In this document: one piece after another, positions 9,794-20,433 of the stretch
How positions within the stretch are numbered: the stretch's first letter is position 1
Layout: each line of letters starts with the position of its first letter
From: Nostocales cyanobacterium
Lineage (GTDB): Bacteria; Cyanobacteriota; Cyanobacteriia; Cyanobacteriales; Nostocaceae
Direction of reading: 5' to 3'
NCBI GenBank assembly: GCA_004293145.1
Contig: RDYJ01000007.1
Span: 16,390 to 80,389, forward strand
DNA length: 64,000 nt
Translations under genes and position numbers: made by a program
The notes under the pieces: generated by a model
Told to the model about the DNA's origin: nothing
What the model saw: only the letters and a program-made list of their open reading frames with translations
Databases searched by the model: none

Positions 9794-11407
9794 TTGATTT
9801 TTTATGAAAGCATCTACTATAAAATCGATATGATACTCAATCACATTAGCTGGGATGATGATTTACCCCCAGAACCCGAAGAAATTTACCAAGATTTACT
9901 CTGCGCCCTAGAAAGAAAATTAGGATTTGGTTTATATTTTGTACAATGCACTCCTGTAGAATCAGATCGCTTTATCCATAAAATTCCCCAGGATCTGACT
10001 AATAAAAAGATTGGTATATTACGCTTACTTGAACCAGTTGATAAGTTATATCAGCAAGTAGATAACTTCGTCCAAGACCAAAAAATTGACATCTTATTAA
10101 TTAAAGGTTTGGAATATTCTTTATATAAATATGAAAAAAGAAATTTTGGGGAAATAACAGAAGGTCAGTTCATCAATTTAAGCAAAGTCCCACCCATCCT
10201 CAATCATCTCAACCAACAACGAGAAAGATTTAGGGATGATTTTCCATTTTGCTTTGTATTTCTACTGCGTTCCTTTTCACTTAACTATTTAATTCACCGC
10301 GCTCCTGATTTTTTTGATTGGCGTTCTGGTGTATATGAATTACCAACTACACCAGAATTAGTTGAAGAAGAATCTCGTCGTCTTCTACTAGAAGGAGACT
10401 ATGAAAAATATCTGCAACTAACTGCTGAAAAAAAAATTGAAAAAGTCCTAGAAATTCAAGAGCTTCTCGGAGAAAAACATCAAACAGATAGTAATAAATC
10501 AAGTTTGCTATTTGAATTAGGAAATTTACTTTATTCTGCTAATGAATACGAAACGGCAATTACATTCTATGAACAAGAAATAAAATTTAAACCCGATGAT
10601 CACTATGCTTGGTACAACCGTGGTCATGCACTTCTGAATTTAGGAGAAAATGAAAAAGCAATTTTATCCTATGAACAAGCCTTGAGGTTAAAAGATGATG
10701 ATCATCATGCTTGGTACAATCGTGGTAATGCACTGCGAAATTTAGGACGCAATGAAGAAGCAATTTTATCTTATGAACAAGCCTTGAGGTTAAAAGATGA
10801 TGAAGCCTTTTTTTGGTATGATCGGGGTAATGCGCTCAGGAATCTAGGGCGCAATGAAGAGGCAATTCTATCATACAACCAAGCACTTAAATTCAAACCT
10901 AATGACTGCTATGCTTGGAATAACCGGGGCATCGCTCTACGGAATTTATGTCGGTATGAAGAAGCGGTTTTTTCTTATGGCCAAGCTCTAAAAATTCAAC
11001 CTGACGACCACTACGCTTGGTACAACCAGGGTATTGCACTACGCAAGTTAGGACGAAATCAAGAAGCTGTTCTCTCTTATGACCAAGCTCTGAAAATTAG
11101 ACCTGATGACCACTATGCTTGGAACAACCGGGGTAATGCACTTGATGATTTGGGACGTACAGAAGAAGCAATTTTTTCATACAACCAAGCCCTGAAAATT
11201 AAACCTGATGATAACTATGCTTGGTATAACAAAGCCTGTTGTTATGCTATTCAGGGTAATATCGAGCAAGCAATAAAAAACTTAGAGCAAGCAATTCATC
11301 TCAAACCTGAAGAGTTTGCAAACATGGCAAAAGCTGATCCCGATTTTGATTGTATTCAAGCGGATATCCGCTTTCAAAGTCTAATACAAAAAGGGATGAA
11401 TACTTAA
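9794..11407 (+). CDS. TPR protein with ~190-aa N-terminal domain (APDFFDW motif); likely start ATG 9830
   Basis: About 8 tandem 34-aa TPRs (AWYNRGNALxNLGRxEEAIxSYxQAL) ending AWYNKACCYA. Confidence 0.9.
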   Translation: MIFYESIYYKIDMILNHISWDDDLPPEPEEIYQDLLCALERKLGFGLYFVQCTPVESDRFIHKIPQDLTNKKIGILRLLEPVDKLYQQVDNFVQDQKIDILLIKGLEYSLYKYEKRNFGEITEGQFINLSKVPPILNHLNQQRERFRDDFPFCFVFLLRSFSLNYLIHRAPDFFDWRSGVYELPTTPELVEEESRRLLLEGDYEKYLQLTAEKKIEKVLEIQELLGEKHQTDSNKSSLLFELGNLLYSANEYETAITFYEQEIKFKPDDHYAWYNRGHALLNLGENEKAILSYEQALRLKDDDHHAWYNRGNALRNLGRNEEAILSYEQALRLKDDEAFFWYDRGNALRNLGRNEEAILSYNQALKFKPNDCYAWNNRGIALRNLCRYEEAVFSYGQALKIQPDDHYAWYNQGIALRKLGRNQEAVLSYDQALKIRPDDHYAWNNRGNALDDLGRTEEAIFSYNQALKIKPDDNYAWYNKACCYAIQGNIEQAIKNLEQAIHLKPEEFANMAKADPDFDCIQADIRFQSLIQKGMNT

Positions 11408-11631
11408 GTCTTTGAACTATTCTATAAAGGATTAATTAAAAAATATTCAGTCATGAAATAGCATTTTCAACCTATATTTATCCATAGCTTTTCGCCATTT
11501 TCTACTATGAAAATCGTTGATATCTGGCATTTGGAAATTATTTAGATTAAAATTGTATTGCCTGTTCTATCTAGCCTATTTTTACTACTTTTTTAGCATC
11601 ATTAGTACCGAATAAACCAATTTGTTTACCC

Positions 11632-12957
11632 ATGTCCAACAATTCTGAATTACTCAAAAAACTCTACAATGCTTTTAATCCATTCCAACCCTTGCCAGCA
11701 GGTGATCCTAACTATGTAGACTGTCAAGACGTGCGGGGAGATGCAGATATTTTAGAAGAGTTAGGAAATCGAATTCAGTTAGCAAATCAAAATACTTGTC
11801 AGTTATATTCTGGACATAGAGGTGCAGGTAAATCTACAGAATTGCTCAGACTCAAAGAATATTTGGAAGCCAGAGAATGTTATGTAGTTTATTTTGCTGC
11901 TGATGAAGAGGATATTGATTCAGAAGATGCTCAATATACAGATATTCTCCTGGCTTGTACAAGGAGATTACTGAAAGATTTGCAAACAATTGGCAATCCT
12001 AAACCAGTGCTAAATTGGCTCAAAGACCGTTGGCAAGACTTAAAAGATTTAGCATTAACTGAAATTCAAATCGAGGACATGAACGTAGAAATGCAAATTT
12101 CTCAGTTTGCTAAATTGACAGCAAACTTAAGGGCTGTTCCTGAATTACGCCAACAAATCCGGGAAAAAGTCAATCCTCATACTGTCACTTTAATTAAGGT
12201 TTTAAATGAGTTTATTGCTGATGCTAAAAAACGCCTACCTGCCAACCGTAATCAACTAGCGGTAATTATTGATAACCTAGACCGAATGGTGTTAGTTAAA
12301 GATGGCGAACATACCAATTATGAAGAAGTTTTTTTAGATCGGTGTGAACAACTCAAATCCTTAGATTGCCATTTAATTTACACTGTCCCTATTGCTATGG
12401 TTTATTCTACCAGGGCTACAGACCTGCGCGATATCTATGGCGACCCACAAATTTTACCAATGGTGATGGTACGCACTCCCACAGGGGAAATTTATCAGCC
12501 TGGAATCAGGAAAGTGAAAGAGGTTATTTCCCGGCGAATTAGGCAATATGCACCAGATAAACCCCTAGAAATGGCGATATTTGACAGTCCAGAAACCTTA
12601 GAACGACTTTGTTTAATGAGTGGAGGTCACGTCAGAAATTTGCTATTGTTGACTCAGGATGCTATTGGACGCACTCAAGATTTACCAATTTCCGAAAGAG
12701 CAGTTCGACGCGCCATTACTCAAGCTAGAGATACCTACCGCCGCGCTGTGGAAAACCATCAATGGATCCTACTGGCAGAGGTCTCTCGTTCTAAGCGGAT
12801 CATCAACGATGATCAGTATCGGAGTTTGATGTTTAATCGCTGTCTATTAGAATACCGTTATTTGGATGAAGATGGGGAAATGCAGCGTTGGTATGATATT
12901 CACCCACTGATTCAAGGTATTCAGGAATTTAAAGAAGCTTTAGAAAATCTCCCATGA
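11632..12957 (+). CDS. P-loop ATPase (AAA/STAND-like)
   Basis: Walker A GHRGAGKST, Walker B VIIDNLDR, SGGHVR and WYDIHP motifs. Confidence 0.88.
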   Translation: MSNNSELLKKLYNAFNPFQPLPAGDPNYVDCQDVRGDADILEELGNRIQLANQNTCQLYSGHRGAGKSTELLRLKEYLEARECYVVYFAADEEDIDSEDAQYTDILLACTRRLLKDLQTIGNPKPVLNWLKDRWQDLKDLALTEIQIEDMNVEMQISQFAKLTANLRAVPELRQQIREKVNPHTVTLIKVLNEFIADAKKRLPANRNQLAVIIDNLDRMVLVKDGEHTNYEEVFLDRCEQLKSLDCHLIYTVPIAMVYSTRATDLRDIYGDPQILPMVMVRTPTGEIYQPGIRKVKEVISRRIRQYAPDKPLEMAIFDSPETLERLCLMSGGHVRNLLLLTQDAIGRTQDLPISERAVRRAITQARDTYRRAVENHQWILLAEVSRSKRIINDDQYRSLMFNRCLLEYRYLDEDGEMQRWYDIHPLIQGIQEFKEALENLP

Positions 12958-13592
12958 ATTTAGAGTTTAGTGACTGGGATCAAGACGTACCCCCTGAAGG
13001 ATACGAAGAATATCAAACTTTGATAAACGCCCTAAACCGCAAAAATCAAAATGAGTTTGGCTTGTTGTTTGTTGAGTGTACATCACTGAAAGCAGAAAAA
13101 CTCTTTGCTCGGCTAAACTATGATTTGCCAGATAAAAAACTGGAGATTTTGCGTTTAGTTGAGCCAATTACTACTTTATATGATCGAGTATTGAATCTTT
13201 ACATAAATAAGCAATTTCATATCTTATTTATTCAAGGTTTAGAATATTCGCTCTATGAGTATGAAAAAGCAAAGTTTGGCGAAATCACAGAAACACATTC
13301 TCATGATTTAAGCGGTGTTCCCCCAATTTTAGATCACTTAAATAAACTGCGAGAAAGTTTTAGAGATAATATCCCCATTACTTTTGTTTTTCTGGGACGA
13401 CCTTTTTTAATTGACTATTTTATCCATCGCGCCCAGGATTTTTTTGATTGGAAATCATCAAATGTCTTGAAGTTAACGTCAGTACCAGATTTAGACCAAG
13501 AAGAATCAGCTAATTGCTCTGTGCGAAAGTCCCAAGCATCCTGTTCCCCCTTAATCGACAACTATTGCTTCCCGTGTGATAGGTTAAAATAA
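12954..13592 (+). CDS. Stand-alone paralog of the TPR protein's N-terminal domain (possibly truncated)
   Basis: ATGA overlap with the ATPase; shares GLEYSLY, FGEITE, VPPIL.HLN and HRA.DFFDW with 9794..11407; no TPRs. Confidence 0.7.
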   Translation: MNLEFSDWDQDVPPEGYEEYQTLINALNRKNQNEFGLLFVECTSLKAEKLFARLNYDLPDKKLEILRLVEPITTLYDRVLNLYINKQFHILFIQGLEYSLYEYEKAKFGEITETHSHDLSGVPPILDHLNKLRESFRDNIPITFVFLGRPFLIDYFIHRAQDFFDWKSSNVLKLTSVPDLDQEESANCSVRKSQASCSPLIDNYCFPCDRLK

Positions 13593-13639
13593 ACATATAG
13601 AATAATTAGGGGGGGCCAGTTTACTGGTCATAAACGCCT

Positions 13640-15376
13640 ATAGAGACTATCTTCGGAAATCTCCAAGGTTTAAAGTCCAGCCAGCTAAAACAACTACAGC
13701 GGCTGTACCACCAGCGGATATCGGGCGATCGCATTACAACACCGGAGTTCGCTCAACGTCTGGCTGCAATTAGCTCAGAATTAAATCAACCTGTATGTGC
13801 CTACCTCAACCGTCGTGGACAAGTGATCCGAGTAGGGGTAGGAACTCCGCGCCAAACCCAAATTCCACCACTAGAACTGCCTCGTTACGGTGCAGAACGT
13901 CTGAGTGGGATTCGTTGTATAGCAACCCATCTCAAGACAGAACCACCCAATGAGGCGGCACTGACAGCAATGGCCTTACAACGGTTAGATGCTCTGGTAA
14001 TCCTGAATATTACCGGTACAGGATTTACCCGCCGGGGAGGCGGTGCGGCTGGGTATGTAAAAGAAGCTTATTTGGCCCATTTGGCATCCAATAGTAAACA
14101 GTTAGTTTTCACTCAGTCATCAGGAATGAGTACCCCAGACTCAGCCTTATATTCCAGCGTATCGCCACCTCTGAGTTTGGATGCGATCACCGACCAGGAT
14201 TTTCTGGACTTGGTGGAAAGTCTAGAAGCAGAATTCCGTCGGGAATATACATCTCAAGAAGTAGACGCTGACCATGATCGGGTGATTATTGTGGGGATGC
14301 TCACTGATGATATGACTCCCCAACAATTCCAAGACACCATAGCGGAATTAGCAATGTTAGTGGATACGGCTGGAGGAGATGTATTACAGACGCTACAACA
14401 AAAGCGATCGCGCATTCATCCCCAAACCGTAATTGGTGAAGGTAAAGTCCAAGAAGTTGCCTTAACCGCCCAAACCTTGGGAGCTAATCTTGTCGTATTT
14501 GACCGTGATCTTTCACCCGCCCAAGTCCGCAACCTAGAAGCTCAAATAGGTGTGAGAGTAGTTGACCGCACAGAAGTGATCTTAGATATCTTTGCCCAAC
14601 GCGCCCAATCTGGTGCTGGTAAACTACAAGTTGAACTAGCGCAGCTAGAATATATGCTGCCACGACTGACAGGAAGGGGTAAAGCCATGTCCCGACTAGG
14701 GGGTGGGATTGGGACTCGTGGACCTGGTGAAACTAAACTAGAAACAGAACGCCGGGCTATTCAACGGCGAATTTCCCGACTACAACAGGAAGTTAACCAG
14801 TTGCAAGCTCATCGTTGTCGGTTACGTCAACGGCGACAACATCGAGAAGTTCCTTCCATCGCTTTAGTGGGTTATACCAACGCTGGCAAGTCTACCTTGC
14901 TCAACGCCCTCACTAACGCCGAGGTTTACACCGCCGACCAACTTTTTGCCACCCTTGACCCCACCACCCGCCGCTTAGTTATTCCCCATGCGGATACAAA
15001 CGAACCTCTGGAAACTCTAATCACTGATACGGTAGGGTTTATTCACGAGTTACCTGCTTCCTTAATGGATGCTTTCCGCGCCACGTTGGAAGAAGTTACA
15101 GAAGCAGATGCCCTGCTGCATTTAGTAGATTTGTCTCATCCTGCTTGGTTGAGTCATATTCGTTCAGTTCGGGATATTCTGGCTCAAATGCCCATCACTC
15201 CAGGTCCGGCGTTGGTTGTGTTTAATAAAATCGATCAAGTCGATAGCGAAGCTCTGGCTTTAGCACGAGAAGAATTTCCCCTAGCAGTGTTTATTTCCGC
15301 TAGTCAGCGTTTAGGTTTAGAAACCCTACGCCAGCGCCTATCTCAGTTGATTGAATATGCTGTAGATTCCGATTGA
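13640..15376 (+). CDS. hflX: GTPase HflX (cyanobacterial long form); probable non-canonical start at ATA 13640 or ACG 13634
   Basis: GYTNAGKST, DQLFATLD, DTVGF and NKID motifs; HflX-type N-terminus IETIFGNLQGLKSSQLKQL is in frame 61 codons upstream of the called GTG 13823. Confidence 0.92.
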   Translation: METIFGNLQGLKSSQLKQLQRLYHQRISGDRITTPEFAQRLAAISSELNQPVCAYLNRRGQVIRVGVGTPRQTQIPPLELPRYGAERLSGIRCIATHLKTEPPNEAALTAMALQRLDALVILNITGTGFTRRGGGAAGYVKEAYLAHLASNSKQLVFTQSSGMSTPDSALYSSVSPPLSLDAITDQDFLDLVESLEAEFRREYTSQEVDADHDRVIIVGMLTDDMTPQQFQDTIAELAMLVDTAGGDVLQTLQQKRSRIHPQTVIGEGKVQEVALTAQTLGANLVVFDRDLSPAQVRNLEAQIGVRVVDRTEVILDIFAQRAQSGAGKLQVELAQLEYMLPRLTGRGKAMSRLGGGIGTRGPGETKLETERRAIQRRISRLQQEVNQLQAHRCRLRQRRQHREVPSIALVGYTNAGKSTLLNALTNAEVYTADQLFATLDPTTRRLVIPHADTNEPLETLITDTVGFIHELPASLMDAFRATLEEVTEADALLHLVDLSHPAWLSHIRSVRDILAQMPITPGPALVVFNKIDQVDSEALALAREEFPLAVFISASQRLGLETLRQRLSQLIEYAVDSD

Positions 15377-15405
15377 TATTTCTACTCCTAAAACAAAGGA
15401 GTCCT

Positions 15406-15460
15406 AAAAAGGGTAGCTTTCAACCATTCCGTCCCAGGATGGGAGAGAAGCTACCTTTTA
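15406..15460. terminator. Hairpin terminator after hflX
   Basis: aaaaagggtagctt ... aagctaccttttt inverted repeat. Confidence 0.6.
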
Positions 15461-15516
15461 TAATTTCAGTAGTAAAGGTCTAAAATTAAAAAGTATTTGC
15501 TCAACTTGAGGATGTT

Positions 15517-15786
15517 ATGACTACGAAAGTAGAAATTTATACTTGGACTACTTGCCCATTTTGTATCCGTGCCAAAAGCTTACTGAGGGATAAAGGCGTT
15601 GATTTTCTCGAATACAACATTGATGGAGATGAAGTAGCGAGAAATAAAATGGCTCAAAGAGCAAATGGCAAACGTTCTCTCCCCCAAATTTTTATCAATG
15701 ATAATCACATTGGTGGTTGTGATGATATTTACGCTTTAGACCGCCAAGGTAAACTTGATCATCTTCTAGCTGGTAATAAGGTTTAG
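15517..15786 (+). CDS. grxC: Glutaredoxin 3
   Basis: CPFC active site, SLPQIFI, IGGCDD; adjacent to gshB. Confidence 0.95.
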   Translation: MTTKVEIYTWTTCPFCIRAKSLLRDKGVDFLEYNIDGDEVARNKMAQRANGKRSLPQIFINDNHIGGCDDIYALDRQGKLDHLLAGNKV

Positions 15787-15954
15787 ATGATCAGATTTGG
15801 GATTTTGGATTTTGGATTTCGGACTGATTCCACGGATAACTCCGGGTCTTGTACCATCAAGGAATTATTGGTCAAACTAATTCATAATTGATAATTCATA
15901 ATTTCATAATTTCAATCAGTGGAGATTTCCAGCTTTCACTGATTGAAGATCACT

Positions 15955-16075
15955 TACAGCAAAATTCATGAGTCAGTAGAGACGTTCCGCCGGAACGTCT
16001 GTACAGGAGTAAAACTGTCTTGCTGTCTGGCTTTGAATTTAAATTCTGTACCTCATTGATAAGCAATCTGCTGTA
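15955..16075. mobile_element. MITE (TA-CAGCA termini) with internal GTAG REP hairpin
   Basis: Ends tacagcaaaatt / aatctgctgta; inverted homologous copy at 51283..51399. Confidence 0.7.
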
Positions 16076-16234
16076 ATGAAAAATTTAATGGGTGAATTTG
16101 TACCCATTCTTTAATTATGAATTATGAATTAATAATTATTTGGTCAAGCTCCACAGATTTCATCAGCCTCAACAGATAAGTTTGTGATTTACTAAAATTG
16201 ACCAATTAAATTCTTGATCATTGAGGTAGAAAGG

Positions 16235-17200
16235 GTGAAACTAGCTTTTATTATTGATCCCATCCATCAGCTTGACCCATGCCATGATACCAGTGTGGCG
16301 CTTATGGAAGCAGCGCAAATTCTTGGTCATGAAGTTTGGATAACTCAGGTTAACTTATTGAGTGTTGTAAATAGCAAAGCTTGGGCTGTACTACAGCAAG
16401 TAGAACTTGTAACAGTAAAGTTGGTGGAGGAACGTTGGGTAGCCGCAAATCCTTGGTATAAGTTAGGTTCTAGCGTCTTCACTGCTTTGGAATCAATGGA
16501 TGCTGTATTGATGCGGACAGATCCACCAGTCAACGATTCCTACCTCTATGCTACCTACATTTTGGATTACATTGACCAAAATAAAACCCTGGTGATTAAT
16601 AGCCCCAGTGGTATACGGGGGGCAAATGAAAAAATGTATGCTCTACAATTTACCCAAGCCATCCCTGAAACAATTGTTAGTGCTGACAAACAAGTTATCC
16701 GTGAATTTGTGGAAGCTAAGGGTGCAACAGTTCTCAAACCATTGGGTAACAAAGCTGGGGAGGGGATTTTATTTTTGCAATCAGGCGATCGCAATTTTAA
16801 CTCTATAGTCGAACTAAGCACCCTCCAAGGTCGAGTACCCGTGATGGTACAAAACTATTTACCAGAGGCCAAGGAAGGAGATAAGCGGATTATTTTGCTC
16901 AATGGCGAACCCATTGGGGCGCTCAATCGTCTGTCTAGTGGCAGCGATTTTCGCAATAATATGGCTACAGGCGGTACTGTAGCTCAAACCCAAATTACTC
17001 AAAGAGAGCAGGAAATTTGCCACCTATTAGCCGACAAACTACGTCAAGATGGCTTGATTTTTGTCGGTATCGACGTGATTGGTGGCTACCTCACAGAAGT
17101 TAATGTTACCAGTCCGACGGGAATTCGGGAAATTGATCGTCTAGATGGAACTTGCCTTGGTCATCAAGTGATTCAATGGCTAGAACAGAAGTTAAAGTAG
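16235..17200 (+). CDS. gshB: Glutathione synthetase
   Basis: KLAFIIDP, MRTDPP, NEK, DFRNNMATGG and EVNVTSPTG motifs; GTG 16235 preceded by GAGG. Confidence 0.95.
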   Translation: MKLAFIIDPIHQLDPCHDTSVALMEAAQILGHEVWITQVNLLSVVNSKAWAVLQQVELVTVKLVEERWVAANPWYKLGSSVFTALESMDAVLMRTDPPVNDSYLYATYILDYIDQNKTLVINSPSGIRGANEKMYALQFTQAIPETIVSADKQVIREFVEAKGATVLKPLGNKAGEGILFLQSGDRNFNSIVELSTLQGRVPVMVQNYLPEAKEGDKRIILLNGEPIGALNRLSSGSDFRNNMATGGTVAQTQITQREQEICHLLADKLRQDGLIFVGIDVIGGYLTEVNVTSPTGIREIDRLDGTCLGHQVIQWLEQKLK

Positions 17201-17466
17201 CTAAAAAAGTGAGAGAGTTATGAGGAAGTTTGGCCATGACTCTAACCAAGCTAAATCTTCATTTAGTTTGTATAATTGGCATAAGCTTTCTCATTACTTT
17301 TTATCTAAATAATCCTATTGTCAAAATCACCAAAATAATAGTTTTACTCAAATAAAACGAAAAGGAAATAGTAAAAATGCTGGCGACTTACATTATCAGT
17401 AATACGTCTTTGTTCATAAGCAATATTATCTGCTAATTTTTGAATATCCGTAACCTGTAATTCTAC

Positions 17467-18180
17467 CTATACTAAATTGATTATCTGTTGTTGAATAGTT
17501 TGCAATTGACGAGATAGTTTTTGCCAAAGTTGTTGATAATGACTACGACGAATATGATTATTTTTATCCAATACCTTTTGATACGATTCGTCAAATATTC
17601 CTAATTTCAGATTTACCAAAGATTGTAATTCAACTAAATCCCTTAGAGTTAAATTAGCAGCAAGTTGTAAATATTTCAAACTGCGAATATTATTAGCATC
17701 AATACGTCTATCTATTTGCAGTGATAATTCATCAGGAACAGGGTTTAAATCAAAACGTAACTCTCCAGCTAAACGATGAAAAATTTCCTGTTTCAAAGTT
17801 GATAATAAAATTTGTAATTCTGTACAACTTTGAGAAACCTGATTTAACTCCTCCCGAATATCAACCAAACTTTGATTGTGTTCTTTATACAAACGTTGAT
17901 ATTCTTGTAAAGCAGTGGATAGTAAAGTTTCCTGACCTTGAATATACCAAGAACGGGATTTAATGACATCTTTAATTTTATCATTAGTAATTGAACTTTC
18001 TACCCCTAACTTTTCCTTAGCACTATTTTCATAAGGAATTTTTACCGGGTGGGGACGATACCAACCTTCCATATATAAGAAAGATTCACCAGGTTGTAAA
18101 CGCGCAATTTCTTCCATTTGAGATTGGTCTAAAAGCATCGCTTGACCGATATCTTTATTATCAGCAAGCCCTAAATACAA
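17467..18180 (-). pseudogene. C-terminal remnant of a HerA/VirB4-like ATPase with helical tail
   Basis: DNKDIGQAMLLDQSQMEEIARLQPGESFLYMEGWYRPHPVKIP resembles the end of HerA-type ATPase domains; no Walker motifs; the called start lies inside the ftsZ terminator. Confidence 0.5.
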
Positions 18181-18226
18181 AAAACACAAACAACATATGG
18201 GGTTGGCAACCAAATTGCTAACCCCT
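18180..18226 (-). terminator. ftsZ terminator
   Basis: ggggttagcaa-tttgg-ttgccaacccc hairpin followed by a T-rich tract on the minus strand. Confidence 0.65.
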
Positions 18227-18321
18227 AATCTGATAAAATAAACCTAAAACTAAGAAATTGTATAGCAATAAGCCAGAATTGAGACTGCAAATTTAGTCTA
18301 AAATCTCAAATCTACAATTAC

Positions 18322-19617
18322 TTAATTTTTGGGTGGTGTGCGTCGCCGTTGCAGAAAATCAGGAATATCTAAGGCAGGTTTTTCCTTGGGTTCGGGAATT
18401 GGGTTTGGTTGATTTACCGATGGTTGATTAACAGCTGGTTGTGTCCCTGTTCTCTTGGGAGGTGGAGTTACTACTCTGGCATTAGCCACGTTTTGTTGTG
18501 GCGTGGCTTGGATTTCTCCTGTAAACCCAGTCGCAATCACAGTAATTCTGACTTCTCCTTGCAGTCTGTCATCAATTACAGCGCCGAAAATAATATTGGC
18601 GTTGGGATCAACCACTTCATAGATAGTTTCCGCAGCCGCATTAACTTCATGTAAGGTGAGATCACTACCACCAGTAATATTAAAGACAACTCCTCTAGCA
18701 CCTTCAATAGAACATTCCAATAATGGTGAAGAAATGGCGGCGATCGCTGCTTCTCTAGCCCTAGATTTGCCAGAACTCACACCAATGCCCATCAATGCTG
18801 ATCCTGCATCTGCCATCACTGCTCGCACATCGGCAAAGTCAACATTGACCAGACCAGGAATGGTAATAATATCAGAAATACCCTGTACCCCTTGACGCAA
18901 GACATCATCAGCATAGCGAAAGGCTTCTTGTACAGGTGTTTGTTCGGGAATTACTTCCAACAGCTTATTGTTGGGGATAATAATCAAGGTATCAACCCGA
19001 CTTTTTAAGCCTTCAATGCCTTGCTCTGCTTGGCTAGTGCGTCGCCGTCCCTCAAACACAAACGGACGAGTAACTACACCCACAGTCAAAGCGCCCATTT
19101 CTTTCGCCACTTCCGCCACAATTGGCGCTGCACCAGTACCTGTGCCACCACCCATGCCGGCAGTGATAAATACCAGGTCTGCACCTTCTAAAGCAGTAGC
19201 AATTTCATCACGAGATTCCTCTGCTGCTTTTTGACCAATGGCGGGATTACCACCTGCACCTAGACCCCTTGTCAATTTCTGTCCGATTTGCAAGCGACTG
19301 GGAGCGCCCGCTAGGGTTAAGGCTTGGGCATCGGTATTAATTGACCAAAATTCCACCCCAGAGACATCGGATTCAATCATGCGGTTAACAGCATTACCAC
19401 CGCCACCACCGACACCAATCACTTTAATATTTGCGACTCGTCCGGGAACAATTTCACCAATGCGGCTGTTTTCAACCATCTTTTTACTATCGTTACTTTG
19501 TGAGAAGTTCAGCCCAGAACTACCAAAGGGATTATTTGAGTTAACTGCCAAAGATAAACCGTGTCCCAGTGACTGGGAATTTTTATAGGTAAGTTCTTGG
19601 TTATGATCAAGTGTCAT
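18322..19617 (-). CDS. ftsZ: Cell division protein FtsZ
   Basis: [16 protein letters not shown] and C-terminal DIPDFL motifs; ATG 19617 (MTLDHNQ) preferred over the upstream GTG. Confidence 0.98.
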   Translation of the reverse strand: MTLDHNQELTYKNSQSLGHGLSLAVNSNNPFGSSGLNFSQSNDSKKMVENSRIGEIVPGRVANIKVIGVGGGGGNAVNRMIESDVSGVEFWSINTDAQALTLAGAPSRLQIGQKLTRGLGAGGNPAIGQKAAEESRDEIATALEGADLVFITAGMGGGTGTGAAPIVAEVAKEMGALTVGVVTRPFVFEGRRRTSQAEQGIEGLKSRVDTLIIIPNNKLLEVIPEQTPVQEAFRYADDVLRQGVQGISDIITIPGLVNVDFADVRAVMADAGSALMGIGVSSGKSRAREAAIAAISSPLLECSIEGARGVVFNITGGSDLTLHEVNAAAETIYEVVDPNANIIFGAVIDDRLQGEVRITVIATGFTGEIQATPQQNVANARVVTPPPKRTGTQPAVNQPSVNQPNPIPEPKEKPALDIPDFLQRRRTPPKN

Positions 19618-20433
19618 TGGATTTATGAAAGGTAGATAAACGACTTTTTTGGTGTTATTCACCTAAGAGTCAACTATAGTTGAGTTGGAGATTGCCACCA
19701 TGTATTGGCACTGTTTTTTATTGTTCTCACCATTTCCAAACCTAACCGGATTGGACGTGCGATAATTAGGTATGGGATCATCTGGAAACTTATGCAATAT
19801 GCTGAAAGCAGCAGATTTTCATTGTTGCACAACTAATTCTAGAAAAGTATACTCACATTTGCCGAAAGTCGGTTGGTGTAACTTGATCTAGAAACAATAT
19901 TTTCAATGCTATGTTGCTTCTTTACCCCCGTATGCCATTGTTAATATTATGCTTAACATCCTCCCTTGATTGTCGCTAAAAATTTGTCTTAGTAATCAAT
20001 TTTACAACTTATTTGTTCATTTCTTCGTCAATTACTACATTTTCATCAATTTATTGTATGATTTGTGTCCAATGAGTGATGAGAATAGAGACAAAAGGTA
20101 TCTTGTCTGATTTTGAAGTTAATTTCCTCGCTCCTAGAGAGTAGTTGTTATACACATTAGCAGAGTCAAAGCAACTCCACACTCAAAATTCTCAACAGCC
20201 GTTAACAGTGATAAAAATGTTCAGCAAGAAATGTGATCTGCATTGAGCAGCCTATCCCTTGCACCCAGGTAAAACCATTGATTTATATTCAATCTGAATA
20301 AGTCTTATCATTCATCCTGCCATTTTAATAAAAACTTAATGCCAATTTTTATCTTCATGGGGCAAACCGTAAAACTAACCAATATTTTTATCCCTAGTTC
20401 ACTTGCTTATTTACTCAGACAGGCTATAGAGGT

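Noticed and set aside
18409-19588. Plus-strand ORFs opposite ftsZ, and similar ORFs opposite or within leuA, psbO, kaiC, nrdJ, the P-type ATPase and the kinase
   Set aside because: Shadow ORFs of conserved genes with no recognisable motifs.
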